Part shown: piece after piece, positions 17,154 through 25,000 of the stretch
How positions within the stretch are numbered: position 1 is the first letter of the stretch
Layout: each line of letters starts with the position of its first letter
Origin: Candidatus Methylomirabilis limnetica
Lineage (GTDB): Bacteria > Methylomirabilota > Methylomirabilia > Methylomirabilales > Methylomirabilaceae
NCBI RefSeq assembly: GCF_003044035.1
Contig: NZ_NVQC01000009.1
Location: 139,022 to 171,021, forward strand
Length of the DNA stretch: 32,000 bases
Reading direction: 5' to 3'
Made by a program: the position numbers and the translations under genes
Notes under the pieces: model-generated
The model's input: only the letters and a program-made list of their open reading frames with translations
What the model was told of the DNA's origin: nothing
The model's database searches: none

Positions 17154-18112
17154 TGCGGCCCGGCGGAGGCGCCAGACCGCCGGGTGGACTGGATCAGGCT
17201 TTGCAGGATCCGGCTGCGATTCGCTCCCCGCAGGAGGGACGACAGATCCTCGTACAGCGCAGGATCGTCGATGAGCGCTCCAAGCGTTCCCTCTCCTTGA
17301 GCCAGGCGGGACGACACCAGCTTGAGATTCTTGGAGGTCTGCTCGAGATCGGCCATGATTGACTCGGCTCGTGGGTCCGCAAACAGGATGTGCGCCAACC
17401 CTTTTTGATTCTGGAATTGCTTCATCAAGTTGGACAACTGCTGAATGGCGGCAGTCGTTTCAGACAACTCTTTCAGGATGTTGCCTGAGCGCTTCTCATA
17501 GACCAGCGCGTGCAGCAGCCCGGTCCCCTGTTCGATCTCTCCCATAATTCGGTTGAAGGAGGCGATGCTCTCGGCCAGATCCTGCCGCGCCCCCACCCCC
17601 GCTCCGCCGCCCACGAGCTGGCTCAAGGCGTCTGAGATCTTCACCACGTTGCCGACGATCTGATCCCCTTTTTGGAGCAGCTTGGCATAGTCCGGTGGAT
17701 CGGCACTCGCGATCGTCGCCCCTGGGGGCAGGACCGGCTTGTCAAGGCTGCCCACCGTTAGATCGAGCACCTTATCTCCGACTAGCCCGATGGACCCGAT
17801 ACTTGCGATCGAATCCTCACGTATCCGGTTCTGGAGCCCGGCGTCGAGGTTCATGGTCACCCGGATCTTCTTGCTGGCAAGGTCCTTGCTGAAGGTAATG
17901 TCATTGACCGAGCCGATGGATGTGCCGGCGAGACGGACCGGCGCCCCGACATTCAGTCCCTCGATAGTGCCGAAGAAGGCGTGCAGATTGTAGCGGCGCT
18001 CGAAGATTCGGCTCCGGCTTCCGATGGTCAGGACAAAGACGATGAAAAGACCCAGGAGTCCCAGGACAAAGATTCCCACGCGTAACCGCGTCCAGTATTC
18101 ACGTTCCGGCAT
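17150..18112 (-). CDS. mlaD: MlaD / MCE-domain outer-membrane lipid asymmetry protein
   Basis: N-terminal TM helix, then the MCE core (GLNVGAPVRLAGTSIGSV). It follows mlaE-mlaF. Confidence 0.85.
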   Translation of the reverse strand: MPEREYWTRLRVGIFVLGLLGLFIVFVLTIGSRSRIFERRYNLHAFFGTIEGLNVGAPVRLAGTSIGSVNDITFSKDLASKKIRVTMNLDAGLQNRIREDSIASIGSIGLVGDKVLDLTVGSLDKPVLPPGATIASADPPDYAKLLQKGDQIVGNVVKISDALSQLVGGGAGVGARQDLAESIASFNRIMGEIEQGTGLLHALVYEKRSGNILKELSETTAAIQQLSNLMKQFQNQKGLAHILFADPRAESIMADLEQTSKNLKLVSSRLAQGEGTLGALIDDPALYEDLSSLLRGANRSRILQSLIQSTRRSGASAGPQ

Positions 18113-18155
18113 ATCGTTGCCTCTTGGTTAGCGCTCAGCGCTCGGCAAGACCCAT

Positions 18156-18228
18156 GTGGGGGCGCTGCTTGCTGCGCCCTTTGGGCAGGGCAAGCCCTGC
18201 CCCTACGCTGATCGCTGACCGCTGCGAT
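18156..18228. repeat. REP-like double hairpin, copy 3 (inverted relative to copies 1 and 2), plus CTGACCGCTG tail
   Basis: GTGGGGGCGCTGCTTGCTGCGCCC TTT GGGCAGGGCAAGCCCTGCCCCTAC (18156-18206), then GCTGATCGCTGACCGCTGCGAT. It lies inside the mlaF-mlaD intercistronic gap. Confidence 0.7.
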
Positions 18229-18229
18229 T

Positions 18230-18970
18230 TCACGCCACTGTCCCGTTAATGAATTGCCGGACCAGCGGCAGATCAGCGCGTTCGATTTCCCGTGGCGTTC
18301 CGACGACGGCAATTTTGCCCATGTCCAGCAGGCCGATCCGATCGGAGATCTTGAACGCGCTCCGCATGTCGTGAGTCACCACTACCGACGTCACCTCTAG
18401 CTTCCTGTCCATGTCCACGATCAACTCGTTGATCTTCTCAGTGTTGGCAGGGTCCAGGCCAGTCGTCGGCTCGTCATACAGAATGATCCTTGGCGTGAGC
18501 GCGATCGCTCTGGCCAGAGCGACCCGCTTCCTCATCCCGCCCGACAGGTCGGCCGGCTCCTTATCCTCGGCGCCCTCAAGGCCTACAAGACGGAGCGTTT
18601 CCATGATCCGCTCTCGGATCTGACGCTCCGACATGGCCGTATGTTCCCGGAGAGGGTAGGCGATGTTCTCCGCAACCGAAAGGGAATCGAAGAGCGCCGA
18701 GCCCTGAAAGACCATCCCGATCTTCTTCCGGACCCGAATGAGCTGATCTTCCGTCAGCGGTACGATGTCCTCCCCCTCGATGAGAATCTGGCCCGCCTCC
18801 GGCTTGAGTAGGCCGACGATCAGTTTCAAGGTGACGCTCTTGCCGATCCCGCTGCCGCCGATGATGGTCACCGTCTCACCCGACTGGATCGCGAAATCCA
18901 TCCCGACCAAGATCGGTGTGTGGTTGAACGACTTGTAGACTTGGCGGAACTCGATGGCCGGGGCGCTCAC
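18230..18970 (-). CDS. mlaF: MlaF-type ABC transporter ATP-binding protein
   Basis: Walker A GGSGIGKS, signature LSGGMRKRVALARA, Walker B ILYDEPTTGLD. The start is set to GTG 18970 (VSAPAIEFRQVYKSF), 1 nt after the mlaE stop. The ORF track extension to 19105 would overlap mlaE. Confidence 0.9.
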   Translation of the reverse strand: MSAPAIEFRQVYKSFNHTPILVGMDFAIQSGETVTIIGGSGIGKSVTLKLIVGLLKPEAGQILIEGEDIVPLTEDQLIRVRKKIGMVFQGSALFDSLSVAENIAYPLREHTAMSERQIRERIMETLRLVGLEGAEDKEPADLSGGMRKRVALARAIALTPRIILYDEPTTGLDPANTEKINELIVDMDRKLEVTSVVVTHDMRSAFKISDRIGLLDMGKIAVVGTPREIERADLPLVRQFINGTVA

Positions 18971-18971
18971 T

Positions 18972-19757
18972 TCACCAGCCCTCCAGCCACCAGAAGAACT
19001 TCGTAAGAAAGAAATCCGAGATAATGATAGCGATGGCCGAGGTGACAACGGTCGTGGTCGTGGCCTTGCCGATGCCTTCTGTGCCACCCCTCGTTTCCAG
19101 CCCACTGTAGCAGCCGACGATGGCGATAATGAAGCCGAAGACTACTGTCTTGCCGAGACCGCTCACAATGTCGGCTACCGTCAGGTTGCGTGTCACAGTA
19201 TTGTAGTAGAGTTGGTAATCGACCTGAAACTCGTACCTGGAGATGACCATGCCCCCCAGTATGCCCAGGATGTCCGCCATGACCGTCAGCAGCGGCAGGA
19301 CCAGCATCGCGCTCAATACTCTGGGCACCACCAGCTTTTTGATCGGATTCGCCCCCATGGCCCGCATTGCGTCGATCTGCTCCGTGACCTTCATCGATCC
19401 CAGCTCGGCGGTGATCCCGGAACCGACCCGCCCTCCCACCAAAAGGGCCGTGAGAACCGGCCCTAGCTCGCGGACTATTGAGAGCGAGACGATAATCCCC
19501 ACATATGCCTTTGCCCCGAATCGGCTCAGGCCATAAGCGGTTTGTAGGGCTAAGACGAGGCCGGTGAAGACCGCGGCTACACTGGCGATCGAGATCGATT
19601 TCACCCCGATATGATCGACCTGCTGGAGGAGTCCACGGGGGTTGTAGGGAGGCGTGAAGGCGCAGCAAGCGGTGTCATAGGTAAGCTTTGAGATCCCACC
19701 CAGCAATTCGAGCAATCGAATCGACTGGTCTCCAACTGCTACAACCACATTCCGCAT
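18972..19757 (-). CDS. mlaE: MlaE-type ABC transporter permease
   Basis: 261 aa polytopic membrane protein with MlaE-like motifs (VRELGPVLTALLVGGRVGS, EQIDAMRAMG). Confidence 0.9.
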   Translation of the reverse strand: MRNVVVAVGDQSIRLLELLGGISKLTYDTACCAFTPPYNPRGLLQQVDHIGVKSISIASVAAVFTGLVLALQTAYGLSRFGAKAYVGIIVSLSIVRELGPVLTALLVGGRVGSGITAELGSMKVTEQIDAMRAMGANPIKKLVVPRVLSAMLVLPLLTVMADILGILGGMVISRYEFQVDYQLYYNTVTRNLTVADIVSGLGKTVVFGFIIAIVGCYSGLETRGGTEGIGKATTTTVVTSAIAIIISDFFLTKFFWWLEGW

Positions 19758-19779
19758 TGTGTGTCCTTATTGCAGTTCT

Positions 19780-20394
19780 TTACTTCAGCCTGGACCCCGG
19801 TACTTGGAATCCGGAACCTTTTTCAGTCAAAACCCAGCCCATGGCAAATCGCTCAAATTCCGGCAGCCGGTCCTGAAAGAGCTCAGGGGGAGCCACGTAG
19901 ACCAGATCATAGGCGCAATCACCATCCTTGGCGACGTAACTGCTGATCATCACCTCGGTGTTATTCAGGCGCCCCTCCAGTATTGTGTGGATCGCCTCTG
20001 TGCCGTTCAGCACAATGGGCCCCTGCGCCATTATCCGCTTTGTGCCGATCCCAAAGAACAAGCGTCTGGACAGGATTCGGAGAGGGATGGGCTGCTCGCC
20101 TTCGCAACTGACAAACAATGCGGCGACCTGGCCGCCCGGCTCCGCCCGGAACGCGAGGTCAGTCCCTTCCAACTCGAACTGCCGCCAACCATCGCGCAGT
20201 ATCGGAATCTTGAAGCCTCGAGTCCCATCCACAAAGAAGCCATCTACGACATAATTGGAAGCACAGGCCGTAAGCATGAGCATGAGCATGAGCAGGACGA
20301 GGGTTGCAATACCCTCAAGGCGCCAGGCATTCAGGGAGATACGCCCCCTTTCGACGTATACACTCTCAGGTGAGGCATAACCGCGGATAGCCAT
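19780..20394 (-). CDS. Lipoprotein of unknown function, first gene of the mla unit
   Basis: ORF 19780..20484 trimmed to ATG 20394. Lipobox LMLMLT-A-C (LVLLMLMLMLTAC). No family recognised. Confidence 0.6.
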   Translation of the reverse strand: MAIRGYASPESVYVERGRISLNAWRLEGIATLVLLMLMLMLTACASNYVVDGFFVDGTRGFKIPILRDGWRQFELEGTDLAFRAEPGGQVAALFVSCEGEQPIPLRILSRRLFFGIGTKRIMAQGPIVLNGTEAIHTILEGRLNNTEVMISSYVAKDGDCAYDLVYVAPPELFQDRLPEFERFAMGWVLTEKGSGFQVPGSRLK

Positions 20395-20725
20395 ATAGAT
20401 GGTTTGATCATACTGGAAAGACGAGTGAAGCGTCAAGCTGAGCCCTGTGCCCAAAAACGAGAGACAGGCATTGCTGAGATGCAAACGTGTGCTGACCAGG
20501 GCGGTTGTGCGACCCTATGGCCAGCATCGTCGGCGAGGGGCGAGGAACTTTGCGGGGGTTTCCCTGCTCTCGCGGTCCATCGAGGACCTGAAACGCGCTG
20601 GGTGTGTGCGGTCCCAGTGTGGAAGGGTGCCTTTGTGGCCCCGGATCCGCCGGCCAAGGTCGCCTGCAGGCCGCGCGCCGACTGCCGGAGAAAGAGGCGG
20701 TAGAGCGGGACGATGCAGGCTCCGC

Positions 20726-20754
20726 TTGCAAGTATGGTGTTGTCCTGATAAGGT
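20726..20754 (+). promoter_or_regulatory. Candidate promoter of the cold-shock gene
   Basis: TTGCAA (20726-20731), a 17-nt spacer, then TAAGGT (20749-20754). This would give a roughly 100-nt leader containing the hairpin CCGGAC-GGAT-GTCCGG at 20830-20845. Sequence match only. Confidence 0.2.
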
Positions 20755-20860
20755 GGTCTGAGAGCGAGGGGGTTTGAAACAGATACGAGGAGCGTCGTGG
20801 TAGGTCGGTGCTGGAAAACGCAACAGGTCCCGGACGGATGTCCGGAGAGGAGCAGAAGCA

Positions 20861-21058
20861 ATGGCAACAGGCACGATTAAGCGGCTGGTCAGGGAACGAG
20901 GCTTTGGGTTCATTCAGGGAGACGATGGCGTCGAGATCTTCTTTCACCGGTCCGCCCTCCAGGGGGAGGCGTTCGATACGCTCGCGGATGGGCAAGCCGT
21001 CACGTTCGATGTCGAGAAGGGGGACAAGGGACCGAGGGCCGCGAACGTCAAAGTGTAG
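20861..21058 (+). CDS. cspA: Cold-shock protein (CspA family)
   Basis: 65 aa. GTIKRLVRERGFGFI (RNP1-like) and IFFHRS (RNP2-like). GAGGAG upstream. Confidence 0.95.
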   Translation: MATGTIKRLVRERGFGFIQGDDGVEIFFHRSALQGEAFDTLADGQAVTFDVEKGDKGPRAANVKV

Positions 21059-21148
21059 CCCCCAGCGCCTAAGCGGACGATTGAGGGTGGCCGACGAGGC
21101 GCACCTCATCATGCGCGAGGAGGACGGGCTGGGCATCCTGCAGTAACG

Positions 21149-21167
21149 CCGCCCCAGGGCGGGGCGG
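21149..21167 (+). terminator. GC hairpin downstream of cspA (no U-tract)
   Basis: CCGCCCC (21149-21155) pairs with GGGGCGG (21161-21167) across a 5-nt loop, followed by TCGAAATCCCC. Confidence 0.25.
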
Positions 21168-21188
21168 TCGAAATCCCCTGTAGTGACC

Positions 21189-21537
21189 CTAGTGCCGTTC
21201 CAACTATCTGGCATCACGATACGATGATGTGTCGGCAACGCAATCGACCTCTGCGTAGCGTCATTGTTCGGTAACTACTCAGGTAGATAGACTGAAGGCT
21301 GAAGGCTGAAGGCTTTTGGGGGTAATCAGAGGGAACTGCGCTATCAACTACATCCGTCAAAGCGTTTGGACTTCTTGTCCAATGAGGAGTCCTCTCTGAT
21401 AGAACCAAAGGTCGTAGAAACCAAGAAGGTCTTGAATGGCTTGATTCGTGCCTTGCGAGATAATTTATAGCCTTCAGCCTTCGGCCTAAACACCTTGTAG
21501 TTACATTGTTTGTCTGAAAAAGTTGGAACGGCACTAG
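21189..21537. mobile_element. Composite element bounded by 17-bp perfect inverted repeats; hosts the nested 234-bp MITE-like copy
   Basis: CTAGTGCCGTTCCAACT (21189-21205) is the exact reverse complement of AGTTGGAACGGCACTAG (21521-21537). With the nested insert removed, the element would be about 107 bp. Confidence 0.5.
21271..21504. mobile_element. MITE-like non-autonomous element, long copy (234 bp), inverted relative to 11612-11737
   Basis: TIRs GTAACTACTCAGGTAGATAGACTGAAGGCTGAAGGCTGAAGGC (left) and GCCTTCAGCCTTCGGCCTAAACACCTTGTAGTTAC (right). It is flanked by 8-bp near-identical direct repeats ATTGTTCG (21263-21270) and ATTGTTTG (21505-21512). Confidence 0.65.
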
Positions 21538-21746
21538 AATACCACTGTGCAGCGGGGCACTGGGCGGAGCAATCCGGACGCTGGTCTCTCCGTAGCGCGG
21601 TCCCGCTCGTAATCCTGCCCGAGATCATCCCGGCCCAGTGGTGGCAGAACCTCCTCTACAACCCGCAGGCGCTGCTTATCCAGTCTGCGCTCCTCTTCAC
21701 GCCCAGCGTGATCGTCACGGCTGTTCCGTATTACCTGGCGCGATAG
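21510..21746 (+). pseudogene. C-terminal tail remnant of an APC-superfamily-type permease
   Basis: Only the last ~49 codons (21597-21743: AVPLVILPEIIPAQWWQNLLYNPQALLIQSALLFTPSVIVTAVPYYLAR) resemble the conserved cytoplasmic tail (..V.PE.V...WW..LLHNQ.AL.L..ALLF.P...VT.VPY.L) I recall from long amino-acid-permease-like proteins. The rest of the gene is absent. Confidence 0.4.
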
Positions 21747-21760
21747 GGAGAGCTCGTCAG

Positions 21761-21868
21761 ATGGTCCACATGCTCCTGAGTCGGGCCCTGATGATTGGCG
21801 CGCTCTTCGTCTACGCGAGCTTCTTTGAATGGACCCTGCACCGCTTCGTGATGCACTGGGTTTTGTAG
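21761..21868 (+). pseudogene. N-terminal 35-codon remnant of a fatty-acid hydroxylase / CrtZ-like membrane di-iron enzyme
   Basis: MVHMLLSRALMIGALFVYASFFEWTLHRFVMHWVL then a stop. A TM helix followed by the first His box (H-R-x-x-M-H), as at the head of this superfamily. AGGGAG upstream. Confidence 0.35.
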
Positions 21869-22041
21869 ATCTCGTATCCTTGATCCGGGCCCATGCGCTG
21901 ATCCACCCACCGGGACTTTCGCAGCGATTCCAGTTATCACCTGCGCCCCAACCAGAGCCGTGAAAGTTTAGCGTTCGCCTGGTGAAACGCCCCACTGCTG
22001 ATTGACTTGCACGTCCCGCTTCGGACGCGCCGTCACTTCGA

Positions 22042-25000
22042 ATGGGAACGCAAGGAAGGGAGTCTCTGTCCCGCCGACGATCCTTCCGGGCACCGCGCCT
22101 GAGCATGAAGGGAACCTCACACGTGAAGATAGGTAGTAAGACCATCCGCCGGACCTTGCTCCATTTGAGGGCGTACCTTCGCGGAAATGCCTTGGCACAC
22201 AAGTACGTCGGCGACGAGCCACCGCTACGATCGGAGCTGTTCAGCAACGACCAGATGGAGCAGCACGGCAAGACCCTGGCGGGCTCGCACACGTTGGGGC
22301 TGGGACGCGCTCCGGACCAACTTCTGCCGCGGCTGGCTGAGAATGAAGGCGTCCTGGTTGGAGCCTGCAATCTGCTGACGGCGGCGGTCAAGGAGAACCG
22401 CCGGATTGCGCCGGCCGGGGAATGGCTACTCGACAACTTCTATCTGATCGAAGAACAGATTCGTACGGCCAGACGATACTTGCCAAAGGGGTACAGCCGG
22501 GACCTGCCTCGCTTGCTGAACGGCCCATCGGCTGGACTTCCGAGGGTCTATGACATCGCGCTGGAGACGATCTCGCACGGCGATGGACGGGTGGACCCGG
22601 AAAGTCTCAGCAGTTTCGTCGCAGCCTACCAGACGGTCACCGCCCTGACGTTAGGCGAATTGTGGGCCATCCCGATCATGCTGCGCCTGGCACTGATCGA
22701 GAATCTCCGGCGCGTTGGAGCGCGACTCGCCGCCGACAGGACCGACCGAAACCTCGCCGACTATTGGGCGGACCAGATGACGGAAACCGCTGAGAAAGAC
22801 CCGAAGAGCCTGATTTTGGTGATCGCGGACATGGCGCGGTCGAGCGTGCCGTTGGTGAGTTCGTTTGTCGCGGAATTTGCGCGCCGGTTGCAGGGACAGA
22901 GCCCAGCTTTGGCATTGCCGCTCACCTGGATTGAGCAGCGGCTCTCGGAGTCTGGCCTGACGATCGAGCAGTTGGTGCAATCGGAGAACCAACAACAGGC
23001 CGCCGATCAGGTCTCCATAAGCAACAGCATCGGCAGCCTCCGATTTCTGGAGGCGATGGACTGGCGCAAGTTCGTCGAAGCCATGAGCGTTGTCGAGCAG
23101 ACCCTGCGCGAGGATCCCGGCGGCGTCTACGGGCAGATGGATTTTGCCACCCGTGACCGCTACCGTCACGTCGTGGAGCAGATCGCGAAGAGCAGCCGGC
23201 TATCCGAAAGCGAGGTCGCCCGCAAAGCGATCCAGTTGGTACACGAGGGCGCGGCCAAGAACGGCAGCGACGATCGAGCGGCACATGTTGGCTTCTACCT
23301 CATCGACAAGGGGTTGCCGCAACTCCAACGAATGGCGATGGTGCGTCTCTCTCCCGCTATGGTTCTTCAGAGAATGAGCGGCCGGTTTCCCTTGCTCCTC
23401 TATCTCGGCACGATCACGCTGATGACGGCGATCGTCACCGGGAGCTTCTTGGCGACGGCGCATGCCAGTGGGGTGCGTGGTTGGCTCCTCGCGCTGACCG
23501 GGATTCTCTCGCTCGTGTGCGCAAGTCAGTTGGCGGTGGCGCTGGTGAACTGGCTGACGACGTTGCTGGCGACACCGCACTTGCTGCCGCGAATGGACTT
23601 CTCCAAAGGCATTCCTCCGGAATCGCGCGCACTGGCCGTGATCCCGACTCTGCTCACGAGCGCTCAAGATATTGAGGATCTGGTCGAGGCGCTTGAAGTT
23701 CGGTTTTTGGCAAATCGGGACGAGAACCTGCACTTCGCTCTGCTCACTGATTTCCGGGACGCACGCGAGGAAACGATTCCGGAGGATGACCCGCTGTTGC
23801 GGCTGACCCAGAAGAGAATCGAAGAACTGAATGAAAAGTACAGGAGCGCAAAAGGCGGCACGTTCTTCCTCTTTCATCGCCCGCGCCGATGGAATCCTCG
23901 GGAGCGGATGTGGATGGGTTACGAGCGGAAGCGAGGGAAACTGACCGACTTGAATTCGCTTCTGCGCGGCGGCTCAAGGGATTGTTTCTCACTCGTCGTT
24001 GGTGAGACGGCGGATTTCTCGAACGTGAAGTACGTGATCACCCTTGACACGGATACGCAACTCCCGCGCGATTCGGCGTGGCAGTTTGTGGGAACCATGG
24101 CGCACCCGCTGAATCGTGCCCGGTACGACGAAGACAAGCAGCGTGTTGTTGCCGGGTACGGTATCCTTCAGCCGCGTATGGCCGTGAGCCTGCCAGCCAC
24201 GAACCGGTCGCGGTACGCGCGACTGTGTGGGAGTGAGCCGGGCATCGACCCGTATACGCGCGCCGTCTCCGATGTGTACCAGGACCTCTTCCACGAAGGC
24301 TCGTTCATTGGCAAGGGGATCTATGACGTTGATGCGTTCGAGCGGGCGCTCAATGGGCGATTTCCAGAGAACCGAATCCTCAGCCACGATCTTCTGGAAG
24401 GGTGCTACGCGCGGGCGGGGTTGTTGAGCGATGTGCAGTTGTACGAGGAATATCCATCTTGCTACAGCGCGGACGTAAGCCGTCGGTACCGCTGGATTCG
24501 CGGGGATTGGCAGCTTGCACGCTGGCTGCTGCCAGGCGTTCCTGGCCCCAACGCAAGCCGTCAGAAGAATCCGCTCTCTGGACTGTCCCGATGGAAGATC
24601 TTCGACAACCTTCGTCGGAGTCTCGTGCCTTCGGCGTTGACACTGCTATTGCTCCTGGGCTGGACGGTCTTGTCGCCGCTCTGGTTTTGGACCTTGGCGG
24701 TGATCGGCACTATCCTGATTCCTCCCTTGATTGCCTCCACGATGGATCTGTTTCAGAAACCAGGCGATGTGCTGCTGCGTCAGCATCTCGCCGCCGCGGT
24801 GCGCTCGGCTGGCCGGCACTTCGCTCAGGCGGCATTTACGCTCGCGTGTCTCCCCTACGAGGCCTTCTTTAGTCTGGATGCGATTGTGCGCACGGCCGGG
24901 CGACTGCTGGTCACACACAAGCGACTTCTGGAGTGGAGTCCGTCGAGCGACCCGGATCGCAAGAGCCGAACGGGCCTCGCCGCCTTCTATCGGATGATGT

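Noticed and set aside
8534-18228. Possibility that the GC-rich repeats form a CRISPR array
   Set aside because: The copies are 4-6 kb apart, separated by ordinary genes, occur in both orientations, and are internally palindromic double hairpins. This is REP-like, not CRISPR.
18971-19105. Upstream extension of the mlaF ORF
   Set aside because: It would overlap the mlaE 3' end by 134 nt, and the translation (RPRPRPLSPRPSLS..) is not ABC-like. GTG 18970 gives the canonical N-terminus right after the mlaE stop.
20404-20761. ORFs of 99 and 104 aa (plus strand) in the cspA upstream gap
   Set aside because: Cys/Arg/Trp-rich translations, no SD and mutually overlapping frames. Treated as non-coding.
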